From positions 1 to 64,000 of the forward strand of contig OY762463.1 of NCBI GenBank assembly GCA_963665815.1: a stretch of DNA of 64,000 bases. The letters run 5' to 3'. Below, one piece after another: positions 1-8,584 of this stretch; positions within the stretch are counted from its first letter, which is position 1, and every line of letters begins with the position of its first letter. The notes under the pieces were generated by a model. The model was not told where the DNA came from and ran no database searches. It saw only the letters and a program-made list of their open reading frames with translations. Both the position numbers and the translations under genes were made by a program. The DNA is from Candidatus Cloacimonadales bacterium. Its GTDB lineage: Bacteria > Cloacimonadota > Cloacimonadia > Cloacimonadales > JAIOQZ01.

Positions 1-187
1 CATCCTGGCTTAGCACCATGGATTTACCTTTAAACTCCAGTATCAAGGTTTTACCAATAACACCGGTTATGTTTATGTCTGGTCTCATTTTCGAGGTTTC
101 ATTCTAAAGGGATAATAATCTCGAGAATAATTTTCTTGACCATTTGCCACTAATGAATGCAATTTAGCTATAATATGGAGTAAGGAG
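1..187. repeat. Cassette-linker repeat, copy 1 (cut by the window edge)
   Basis: Colinear with 2903-3089 (offset 2902): identical over 1-133, near-identical to 156, then shares TATGGAGTAAGGAG. Confidence 0.95.
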
Positions 188-193
188 GATGGA

Positions 194-1015
194 TTGTACG
201 TAGGTAACACAGCTTTAGTAGTACAGGAAGACCATTATTATCCACTGAGCAGGTTTGGAATGAGACTTGGCGAAATGTCCACAGATACCGGACAGGACAA
301 TAAATTCCTTTACAATGGAAAGGAATTTAATGATGAGTATGATCTTGATTTATACCATTATAGAGCTCGTAATTATAATCCGCAGCTTGGGAAATGGCTG
401 CAGATTGACCCGGCTGATGAGTTCTTTAGCCCTTATGTGTATTGCCATAATGACCCAATTAGTTATAAAGATTCTAATGGTTTTTGGGAAGATCAGGTAG
501 ATAATGGAGCATTAAGAGGGTGGTATGGTCCAAAGTGGAATCCAAATGCTAGTAAGTTTGGCAAAGTAAGAACAAATAATACTGTATGGCATCAGGGTAT
601 TGATATCGATGTAAACTCTTTACAGAACAACGAAAAAGGATATCTCATAATCTCGCATGAAACCGGGCATTCTTTCTTCTTACTTCTAGATCGTTATTTC
701 GAGCATTCTGTTGGTTATCTTATGCACTATAATTTAAATGAATCTGGTAAACTTATCCCGAATCAAGTAGTGGAAAAAATTGTGTTGAATGAGAAATATA
801 CACTCCAAGAGGAAATTGCTAATTATTTTTCATTTGATAAGCATTTACAGGAGTATCAAGATTATTGTGAACGAATAGAAAAGAAGAGTAAAACTCCTAA
901 GTCTGAAAAAGAATTTTTTTTTGCTAATCACGCGACCACACAAAAAATGTATGGAGATAATATCAAGAGCAGTGGTAATATATTTGATTGGATTCAAAAT
1001 GCCCTTTCAAAATAG
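194..1015 (+). CDS. Orphan RHS-core C-terminal fragment with HExxH metallopeptidase-like toxin tip (possibly degenerate)
   Basis: RHS core motifs QEDHYYP..FG, FLYNGKE, YHYRARNYNPQLGKW, IDP..SPYVYCHNDP..DSNG; HETGH motif; AAGGAGG RBS before TTG. Confidence 0.8.
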   Translation: MYVGNTALVVQEDHYYPLSRFGMRLGEMSTDTGQDNKFLYNGKEFNDEYDLDLYHYRARNYNPQLGKWLQIDPADEFFSPYVYCHNDPISYKDSNGFWEDQVDNGALRGWYGPKWNPNASKFGKVRTNNTVWHQGIDIDVNSLQNNEKGYLIISHETGHSFFLLLDRYFEHSVGYLMHYNLNESGKLIPNQVVEKIVLNEKYTLQEEIANYFSFDKHLQEYQDYCERIEKKSKTPKSEKEFFFANHATTQKMYGDNIKSSGNIFDWIQNALSK

Positions 1016-1028
1016 TTTAAGGAGTTTC

Positions 1029-1718
1029 ATGAAAACAACATTGTCTGTTTTGATTTTCATAGTGACTGTTTCCATTATGTATTCCATAGAAAAGCAAGAT
1101 ATATTTTGGTGGAAAAAGTGCGATGCTATTGCCATTGTTAAGGTAACATCAAATAAGAATTCTATGTATTTTGAATCAGAGGTTATAAGGAATGTCAAAA
1201 ATTACAATATCCCCCAGAAGCTATATCTTTGGGATTATCAGTTATATGATCACGATTGCAGTGAAATAGGAAAGTCATTTTCAAGTGGGTTGTCAATACA
1301 AGTTTCGGCTGATTCAGATACAATTAGATCGGACAATTTTTTCGCAGATAATATTGAAATTGATTCATTAATTAATTTGAGTTATCAACCAGCAAAAAGG
1401 TATTTCACAAACATCAATATAGGAGATACTTTGATAGCTGTTATGAGTAAGCAGGAAAAAGGATGCAGATTAATATCTTTTGGTACAACTGAGTTCCTAA
1501 CACAACATGAATCAGGGGATATTGATATAGAAATAAACATAAAAAATAATGTTAATCATTACTATATTTTCATGAATGCAAGCTTCATTGTCAAAGGAGA
1601 AAAGGCTTACATGTTTTCAAATCCAGACCATAAATATAGCAGCTTACTAAATGTGTATAACAAAGAGTACATCTTGAAAGATATATTAAATCTTGTGGAG
1701 AATTCAATTGAGAAATAA
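1029..1718 (+). CDS. Exported putative immunity protein (type A)
   Basis: AAGGAG RBS, ATG 1029, signal peptide, directly after toxin tip; homologous to 3498-4157 (W..DAIA...T, IGDTLIAV). Confidence 0.65.
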   Translation: MKTTLSVLIFIVTVSIMYSIEKQDIFWWKKCDAIAIVKVTSNKNSMYFESEVIRNVKNYNIPQKLYLWDYQLYDHDCSEIGKSFSSGLSIQVSADSDTIRSDNFFADNIEIDSLINLSYQPAKRYFTNINIGDTLIAVMSKQEKGCRLISFGTTEFLTQHESGDIDIEINIKNNVNHYYIFMNASFIVKGEKAYMFSNPDHKYSSLLNVYNKEYILKDILNLVENSIEK

Positions 1719-2622
1719 ACATAAAAAATATCTGTCGATCGGATTTGCAGTATTAATAATTATTTCGTGTTCCAAAAAAGATACAGTTGGTTCATTCTAT
1801 GATGCAGTTGAGAAAGCAGATATAGTCATTGCTATTCAAAAAACCTCATATACTCATGCTATGTTGAAACATTACGATATAGAACTTGAATATGAAATTT
1901 ACAAAGATATTAATTTTCCACGTTTTTTACTTTATGAACCTCAATATACCGACTTAGGGTATATGAATGGTAATACCGGCATGAAGTTTTCAATCAGATT
2001 GATAGCTGATTTCCATAATGATCTTATGAAAAGATTTAATAATGATATTACAAACGGTTTACTGAACAAAGTTGAAAACAAGAGTGAAGTTTATGGTAAT
2101 GTATTCATATCACCGAAATCACCTGAGGAGTTAGAGTATCTTCAGTCTCATGATTTCCAACGAACATTGAAAGATGCGATTATTGACAGATATGGATCTT
2201 ATTTTGATGACAATCTATTTGCTGAATTGTTATATGTTTCTAATGAGTTCAAAAGGTATTGTGTCTCTTACAGTTTTTATAAAGAATTCTATAGATACAA
2301 TTTCATAGGTAATACTATTGGCACAAAGCGAAAGTTAAAAAAAATAGAATTTGGTGATACATTGTTAATTGCGTTAAAGAGAATGACAAAGAAAAACGTC
2401 GTCAAAGGCAAGGAAGTAACAATAACGGAATATCCTAAAGGTTATGTTTTTGTTCCGTTTGAAGACTGTACAAGTTTTGTGAGAATCCATGGGGATATGT
2501 GCTACGGGCAGTTTGATCATCCATATAGTATTACAGAACCTGAAAAATACCCGTTTAAACATGAAGTATATCCTGTAAAAGATGTAATAGATAAAATTAA
2601 AAGGATTAAAGGAATTAAGTAA
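1708..2622 (+). CDS. Putative immunity lipoprotein (type B)
   Basis: Lipobox IISC; GGAG RBS before TTG 1708; homologous to 4150-4935 with identical C-terminus. Confidence 0.65.
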   Translation: MRNKHKKYLSIGFAVLIIISCSKKDTVGSFYDAVEKADIVIAIQKTSYTHAMLKHYDIELEYEIYKDINFPRFLLYEPQYTDLGYMNGNTGMKFSIRLIADFHNDLMKRFNNDITNGLLNKVENKSEVYGNVFISPKSPEELEYLQSHDFQRTLKDAIIDRYGSYFDDNLFAELLYVSNEFKRYCVSYSFYKEFYRYNFIGNTIGTKRKLKKIEFGDTLLIALKRMTKKNVVKGKEVTITEYPKGYVFVPFEDCTSFVRIHGDMCYGQFDHPYSITEPEKYPFKHEVYPVKDVIDKIKRIKGIK

Positions 2623-2629
2623 AACATAC

Positions 2630-2654
2630 AGCCCTTTGTTTCGAAGGGCTTTTT
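2630..2654 (+). terminator. Intrinsic terminator of cassette 1
   Basis: AGCCCTTTG-TTT-CGAAGGGCT hairpin plus T run after the stop at 2622. Confidence 0.8.
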
Positions 2655-2735
2655 CTCACTCCAACTCCATTCTGTTATCCATCAACTTATTCTCACTTTT
2701 GCTCGATCAATAAGGTGTCTCCTATGATTCTCGGA

Positions 2736-2990
2736 TTAACATCCTGCGAATTCAAAAGAAAGATTCTCACCTTTGGTTACGAACTTATACAGAAACGTTC
2801 TCTCGCCTACGACTACGAGCTTATTAGTGAAGAGATCGTCTTTAACCTGCACAATAACGGAATCCGGTTCTATGCTGTAAATCAACCCGAATTCTGCCTG
2901 TTCATCCTGGCTTAGCACCATGGATTTACCTTTAAACTCCAGTATCAAGGTTTTACCAATAACACCGGTTATGTTTATGTCTGGTCTCAT
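2736..2990 (-). CDS. Small linker-encoded protein or gene remnant, possibly a PilP/GspC-HR-like beta domain
   Basis: 84-aa ORF; synonymous changes against the copy at 5049-5177; pattern ITGVIG..LILEFKGKSMVL..IYSIEPDSVIVQ; no clear RBS. Confidence 0.45.
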   Translation of the reverse strand: MRPDINITGVIGKTLILEFKGKSMVLSQDEQAEFGLIYSIEPDSVIVQVKDDLFTNKLVVVGERTFLYKFVTKGENLSFEFAGC

Positions 2991-3095
2991 TTTCGAGGTT
3001 TCATTCTAAAGGGATAATAATCTCGAGAATAATTTCCTTGACCATTTACCACTAATGAGCCCAATTTTGCAATATTATGGAGTAAGGAGACAGTA

Positions 3096-3476
3096 TTGTT
3101 TCAGGGGAATACTGATGATGTCGGTATTAGTTTAAGAAGTGATTTCCTGAAGAAAAATGGTATTTATAGCCCTTATTCTATTCACCTTATTGCACACGAA
3201 GGAGGACACCAGTATTTTTTACTTGTTGACAAATCATCTCCCGAATCAAGTGATTTACTTATGTTTGCGTTTTCCATTGATGAAGATGGAAATTTAGTTT
3301 CAGGTACAAGGATTGTAGGTGCTGAAATTGCAAAAATTGCTAAAGATGATTATACTGAGAAACAAAATGAGACCGTTAAGGATAAACGTGATAGATTACA
3401 TTTTCATGAGAATGTTAAAAAGGTATTGGGAGGATCAGTACTAAATTGGATGATGAGTTTTTTTACTGGAAATTAA
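3096..3476 (+). CDS. Orphan HExxH toxin tip (no RHS core)
   Basis: LIAHEGGHQYFLLVDK aligns with IISHETGHSFFLLLDR of 194-1015; AAGGAG RBS before TTG. Confidence 0.7.
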   Translation: MFQGNTDDVGISLRSDFLKKNGIYSPYSIHLIAHEGGHQYFLLVDKSSPESSDLLMFAFSIDEDGNLVSGTRIVGAEIAKIAKDDYTEKQNETVKDKRDRLHFHENVKKVLGGSVLNWMMSFFTGN

Positions 3477-3497
3477 GCAGTAACAAGTGAGAGTAAA

Positions 3498-4157
3498 ATG
3501 ATGTTTGATAAGAAAAGGTTTTTCTTCTTTTGTTTATTTCTATCTTCTGCTATATGTTTTGCATTAAAGCCATATATCTGGGATTGGCAGGAAGCAGATG
3601 CAATAGCATTGATTAGAATTACATCATTACAGGAACATGAATTTTCTGTGGCAGAAGTTATTGAACCAATCTACCCTAAGGAAATGAATAATTTTATTCT
3701 GATTGATCACAGATTTGTATTGATTGAGGCTATTAAAATTAGGCATATCGATACAGAAATTGATAAAAAGCGAAAAGCATTTATGGATTCTCTAAAAGCT
3801 GTGCAAACAAATCCTTCAGGCAACTTAAATTCCTGTAGAAAAAAGAATAACACAATCAGTTCACCTGAGAGATTTTACACAAATTATACTATTGGAGATA
3901 CTCTAATAGCTGTGTTCTTTAATTCACATATTGACACTTCTTCAATACCTGTTTTAGAATGGAAATCATGTGATCTAAAAGCCTATAAGCTGAATCTGGC
4001 TCCAAGCCTGATTGTAAAAAACAACAAATGTGTTTTCTTTTCAGATTTTTATTCTTTATTCAATATTTACGTTAACAAGCACAAAGCTTTTGAGCTAAGA
4101 GATATAATTGACAGAATAAAATCTGAGATAAGAAAGAAGGATGATCCTAATGAATAA
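3498..4157 (+). CDS. Exported putative immunity protein (type A)
   Basis: Signal peptide; homologous to 1029-1718. Confidence 0.65.
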   Translation: MMFDKKRFFFFCLFLSSAICFALKPYIWDWQEADAIALIRITSLQEHEFSVAEVIEPIYPKEMNNFILIDHRFVLIEAIKIRHIDTEIDKKRKAFMDSLKAVQTNPSGNLNSCRKKNNTISSPERFYTNYTIGDTLIAVFFNSHIDTSSIPVLEWKSCDLKAYKLNLAPSLIVKNNKCVFFSDFYSLFNIYVNKHKAFELRDIIDRIKSEIRKKDDPNE

Positions 4158-4935
4158 ATCATTCTATTTACTCATTGTCTTGATTATTCTGATGGGATGC
4201 AGAGAGCAAAGTATTGGCTCTTTTATGCAAGCAGTGGCTAAAGCAGATTTAGTATTAATCGTGGCAAGAAATGACTACTATTATCAGGTAGATAAAAAGT
4301 TAAAAATGCCTGAAGGAATGCATAGATTTCAATCTCATAGAGAGAACTTGAAATCATTCCGTAATATTTCCTACAGGTTTGATATTGTCCCAAAAGTATA
4401 TCGAGATGATTCCCTCTTTGTGAAGGAGTACAAAGAAAATTATAATGAGTTTGTTAATTCTATTGTTGTAAAGAAATTATACTCAGAGGTCGATGGAGAA
4501 ATCCCATACATCACTTTCAAGCCGAATGCTCGATTTTCATTTCAAACATTATTCAACGAAGCTGAAATAGTATACTCAAAATATAATGATCTTCCGAACT
4601 TTGTTGAAGTAAATAATAATATCATTGGGAATAGAAGAAAACTCAGGAATATTGTCTATGGAGACACTCTTATTCTTGCCTTGAAAAGACTTGATGAACC
4701 AATTATTCATAAAGGTAAGTACGTGACCTATATTGAAAATCCGGGGAGAAGAAACCAAATCTATATTCCATTCGAGAACTGTACTAGTTATGTTGAGATT
4801 CATGGAGATAGCTGTTACGGTCAATTTGACCATCCATATAGTATTACAGAACCTGAAAAATACCCGTTTAAACATGAAGTATATCCTGTAAAAGATGTAA
4901 TAGATAAAATTAAAAGGATTAAAGGAATTAAGTAA
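4150..4935 (+). CDS. Putative immunity lipoprotein (type B)
   Basis: Lipobox LMGC; homologous to 1708-2622. Confidence 0.65.
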   Translation: MNKSFYLLIVLIILMGCREQSIGSFMQAVAKADLVLIVARNDYYYQVDKKLKMPEGMHRFQSHRENLKSFRNISYRFDIVPKVYRDDSLFVKEYKENYNEFVNSIVVKKLYSEVDGEIPYITFKPNARFSFQTLFNEAEIVYSKYNDLPNFVEVNNNIIGNRRKLRNIVYGDTLILALKRLDEPIIHKGKYVTYIENPGRRNQIYIPFENCTSYVEIHGDSCYGQFDHPYSITEPEKYPFKHEVYPVKDVIDKIKRIKGIK

Positions 4936-4942
4936 AACATAC

Positions 4943-4967
4943 AGCCCTTTGTTTCGAAGGGCTTTTT
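4943..4967 (+). terminator. Intrinsic terminator of cassette 2
   Basis: Identical to 2630-2654. Confidence 0.8.
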
Positions 4968-5048
4968 CTCACTCCAACTCCATTCTGTTATCCATCAACT
5001 TATTCTCACTTTTGCTCGATCAATAAGGTGTCTCCTATGATTCTCGGA

Positions 5049-5177
5049 TTAACATCCTGCGAATTCAAAAGAAAGATTCTCACCTTTGGTTACGAACTTA
5101 TACAGAAACGTTCTCTCGCCTACGACTACGAGCTTATTAGTAAAAAAACTGTCTTTCACCTGCACAATAACAGAATC
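5049..5177 (-). pseudogene. 5'-truncated copy of the linker ORF 2736-2990
   Basis: DSVIVQVKDSFFTNKLVVVGERTF..EFAGC; homology stops at the TGA of the adjacent gene. Confidence 0.6.
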
Positions 5178-7602
5178 AGTGTTCCAACCTTTTTCTAACA
5201 ATCTTGAATGCACTGGCTTTTTCACGAGTAAAACCAAATACGTGTTCCAGAATATCGAAAATACTAACCGATTGCAGAGTCTTTTTCACATACAATGTAT
5301 TATCTGAGACTTTCATTGATTCAACAAGCATTTTAAGATTATACGATTTTTCTTTCTTTTTACGGATCCTGGAATATATCAGTTCATCAAGCTGATTGTA
5401 ATGAGCCAGTTTCTGAGCAAAATGTTCTTCAAGCTCTTTAGGGAAGTACACTTCCACATATTCATAGTTAAAGTATTCCATAGAACGCTTTTTCTTGTCA
5501 AAAGCAGGTTCTACATGGCTTATTGTTATTCCGGCAGGCAGTACTGCAGAAATAGCCTCTTTAATCTTTTCTGTATCCATCTTATAGCAGAGAGCAACAT
5601 CAACAAATTCCGTTTCACCTTCCACACCAATTGAGAGTGGTGCACTCAGGCTGATTTTCGGGTGCTTATTGAATCCCTGAGTATAAGCAAGCGGAATGTC
5701 GGCTACTCTGAGGAGTCTGTGGAACATTCTGAGAACATCGAGATGAGCTACATATTGCAGGTAATCCGTTTTGCCATAGTAGAATCTGTAGTAAAATGTT
5801 TCGTCCTGCTCAACAGGCAGTGGGGGAGTAGGTACTTCCAGCTTAGTGTCTCTTGAATAAACAGGTTTGGTTACGGAATCACATAAACCGCAGAGAGTAC
5901 AGTTTTCACGGCAGTCAGGAGTTGTGGCAGCCTGTTCGGATTTTGTCCATTCTTCTGCGAGAAACTCTTTCTTCACTCCAATGTCGAATCTGTCCCAGAC
6001 AAGATCACTGTCAAAATCTCTACCGTTCAGATAGCTCATATAATCAATATCGGATTTCTCCCAGTTGGCAAAGTCAAAATGTTCATCCCAGCCGTCGAAT
6101 TTAGCACCATTTTTATAGGCGGAATAAATCCATTCACTGATAGACTTGTCACCTCTGGTAATAACGCCTTCCAGCATTGAGCTTTCTATCTGGTGGTACT
6201 TCATTTTTATGAATCGGTAACGCTTAAGAGCATTTTTTATGATATATACTTTTCGAATAAGGTTTTCTCTTGTGTCCATCGGTGCCCACTGGAATGGGGT
6301 AAATGGTTTTGGCACAAACGGAGAAACAGTAATGTTAATTCGCAGTTTCTTACCGGAAATCGCTATGATTTTCTCAACAATATCAACTATTCCCTGAATA
6401 TCTTCATCTGTTTCGAATGGCAGTCCGATCATGAAATACAGCTTTATCAACTGCCAGCCGTTTGCCAGAGCGATTTTAACTCCGTCGAGAATGTCTTTTT
6501 CAGTAAGCTGTTTATTGATGATATCTCTCAGTCTCTGACTTCCTGCTTCCGGTGCAATTGTCAGACCTTTCGATCCCATTCTGTTCAGCAGATTAATGAG
6601 GTCGTCATCAAGAGAGTCAACCCGTAAGGATGGGAGAGATAATTTAGCTCTATCATTCTTCAGGCTTCCGGAAAGTGTTATCAAAACATCTTTTATGCAG
6701 GTGTAATCAGATGAGGATAACGAAACAAGTGCTGCTTCTTCCCAGCCGTATTTCCCGACTTCTTCCAGTAACGGTTTAATAATATCTTCAGGATTTCGTT
6801 CTCGTACAGGTCTGTAAAAGTATCCTGCGTGGCAGAAACGACATCCACGAGAACATCCACGCATGATTTCTGCTGTGTAACGATTGTGAACCGGTTGAAT
6901 CCAAGGCACTAACTGGTTATCATGCATGCTTTCGGATGTATGGAAATCATTGTATTTTCTGATTTTAATGGAATCGTCTTTATGTATTGAAGGAACGAAA
7001 AGACCTGCAATGCTACTCAATTCTCTGAGTTTCTCTTCTTTGGAAAGCCCTTTTGTCTTTTTCACCACCTCATAGATTTCTACAATAGCTTCTTCACCTT
7101 CACCAATGAGAATTGCATCGAAGAACATACTGACCGGAAGAGGATTACTGGCTGATGGTCCGCCGGCAATTACGAGTGGATAGCTATCATTTCTATCATC
7201 CCTGTTAATAGGGATTCCTGCCAGATCAAGCATATAAAGAATGTTGGTAAAAGTCAGTTCTGACTGTAGAGTGAAACCTACAACATCGAAGTCTTTCACT
7301 GCGACTCTGCTTTCAATACCGAATAACGGTATTTTCTCTTCTGTGAGAAGGTTTCCCATGTCTGGCCATGGACAATATACTCTGTCTGCTGCACAACCAT
7401 TTGTTTTATTCAGAATGGAATACAGAATCTTAATTCCCAGGTGAGAGACTCCAACTTCATAGACATCCGGGAAAGCGAAACAGAAATTAATATCCGAATC
7501 GTCTTTTACTTTGTTTATAGAGTTGAGTTCGTGGTTAATATATCGGGCAGGCTTTTCTACAAGTGGAAGAACGTGGTCTATTTCGAGAGGTCTTAATTCC
7601 AT
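5176..7602 (-). CDS. TIGR03960-type B12-binding radical SAM protein fused to a TIGR03936/DUF2344 domain
   Basis: FPDVYEVG, CSRGCRFC motif, APEAGSQRLR; C-terminal HLDVLRMFHR..YTQGFNKHPKIS. Confidence 0.88.
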   Translation of the reverse strand: MELRPLEIDHVLPLVEKPARYINHELNSINKVKDDSDINFCFAFPDVYEVGVSHLGIKILYSILNKTNGCAADRVYCPWPDMGNLLTEEKIPLFGIESRVAVKDFDVVGFTLQSELTFTNILYMLDLAGIPINRDDRNDSYPLVIAGGPSASNPLPVSMFFDAILIGEGEEAIVEIYEVVKKTKGLSKEEKLRELSSIAGLFVPSIHKDDSIKIRKYNDFHTSESMHDNQLVPWIQPVHNRYTAEIMRGCSRGCRFCHAGYFYRPVRERNPEDIIKPLLEEVGKYGWEEAALVSLSSSDYTCIKDVLITLSGSLKNDRAKLSLPSLRVDSLDDDLINLLNRMGSKGLTIAPEAGSQRLRDIINKQLTEKDILDGVKIALANGWQLIKLYFMIGLPFETDEDIQGIVDIVEKIIAISGKKLRINITVSPFVPKPFTPFQWAPMDTRENLIRKVYIIKNALKRYRFIKMKYHQIESSMLEGVITRGDKSISEWIYSAYKNGAKFDGWDEHFDFANWEKSDIDYMSYLNGRDFDSDLVWDRFDIGVKKEFLAEEWTKSEQAATTPDCRENCTLCGLCDSVTKPVYSRDTKLEVPTPPLPVEQDETFYYRFYYGKTDYLQYVAHLDVLRMFHRLLRVADIPLAYTQGFNKHPKISLSAPLSIGVEGETEFVDVALCYKMDTEKIKEAISAVLPAGITISHVEPAFDKKKRSMEYFNYEYVEVYFPKELEEHFAQKLAHYNQLDELIYSRIRKKKEKSYNLKMLVESMKVSDNTLYVKKTLQSVSIFDILEHVFGFTREKASAFKIVRKRLEH

Positions 7603-8234
7603 TCATACTCCGTTTTTATTTTTACATTCAGAGGGTTATCTTTTCCTTCAAAGATAATGAGATCTACATAATCAGTGGTGTCTCGCAGTGCTTCTTCATT
7701 GAAACTTGATTCTGGTGAAGCAACTTCGGTTATTGCAGCAGTACTTTCAGCAGGTTCAGTCTGATTTTTCTCAATTTCTTTTGACTCTTTGGTTACCTTA
7801 TTATGAGCAAGCTCTGTTTTACGGTTTTTAACTTCCTGCTTCAGAGGGAATTCCAGCATGCCATTGCGGTGAAAGTACATGTATATTGAGACAAAGATTA
7901 TAATGATTATTCCAAGAACAGGATAAAGAAATACAGAGCTTGGAATAAGCAATTTCTTTTCTCTTTTTTTGTTGTATACGCTTTGAATTTCTGAATCTTT
8001 GGAGGTGAATTGCTGCTGGAACAACATAAGTATATTGCCTGAATCCATTTCAAGGTATCTTGCATATGTATAAATCATTGCTTTTGCATAACCATATCCG
8101 CCTAACTCATGAAAGAAATCCTGCTCTATAGAGTGGATGATATGAGGCTTTATCTTTGTTTCTTCCGAAACATCTTCTATAGACAGATTTAACTCTTCTC
8201 TGCGTTTTTTTATACGACTTCCGATAGATTCCAT
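7593..8234 (-). CDS. RodZ-like HTH membrane protein (short C-terminus)
   Basis: IGSRIKKRRE..SIEDVSEETKI, YARYL, single TM helix. Confidence 0.75.
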   Translation of the reverse strand: MESIGSRIKKRREELNLSIEDVSEETKIKPHIIHSIEQDFFHELGGYGYAKAMIYTYARYLEMDSGNILMLFQQQFTSKDSEIQSVYNKKREKKLLIPSSVFLYPVLGIIIIIFVSIYMYFHRNGMLEFPLKQEVKNRKTELAHNKVTKESKEIEKNQTEPAESTAAITEVASPESSFNEEALRDTTDYVDLIIFEGKDNPLNVKIKTEYEWN

Positions 8235-8248
8235 TTTATCCTCTGTGT

Positions 8249-8584
8249 CTAAATTTTAATATTATTATAGATAACAGCTCCAATTGCTATACCGGCTATA
8301 TCGGCTGTAATATCCTTCCAGCTCCATTCAGTTTTCTTTATTTTCAGATCAATCAATTCTTTAACTCCACCGATACTTATTGTGATACCGGCAGAAATCT
8401 GTAGATTATTGTTCTTTACTTTAGCAAAATTTTTATTGAATGACATTGTCCAGTACATTATTGAGGCACTGTATGCCACATGTTTTACTTTGTCGTAAGT
8501 ATACCAGTCTTTTTCAATTTCCGGTAGTGCATAACAGGAAAAAGCAAACATCAGCAGAATAAATAAAGATATAATATGCTTCAA
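8249..8584 (-). CDS. Small membrane/exported protein, YfiM/VanZ-like
   Basis: DKVKH, GGVKELID, WSWKDITADIAG. Confidence 0.6.
   Translation of the reverse strand: MKHIISLFILLMFAFSCYALPEIEKDWYTYDKVKHVAYSASIMYWTMSFNKNFAKVKNNNLQISAGITISIGGVKELIDLKIKKTEWSWKDITADIAGIAIGAVIYNNIKI

Larger units (their letters stand above)
2518..3089. repeat. Cassette-linker repeat, complete copy 2
   Basis: 2518-2828 identical to 4831-5141; 2903-3089 matches 1-187. Confidence 0.95.
4831..5177. repeat. Cassette-linker repeat, copy 3 (truncated at the radical SAM gene stop)
   Basis: 311 bp identical to 2518-2828, then 29/36 identity with 2829-2864. Confidence 0.95.

Noticed and set aside
1-5177. Integron cassette array or diversity-generating retroelement
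   Set aside because: No attC-like RYYYAAC..GTTRRRY structure was recognised, no integrase or reverse transcriptase is in the window, and no template/variable repeat pair with a recognisable target was seen
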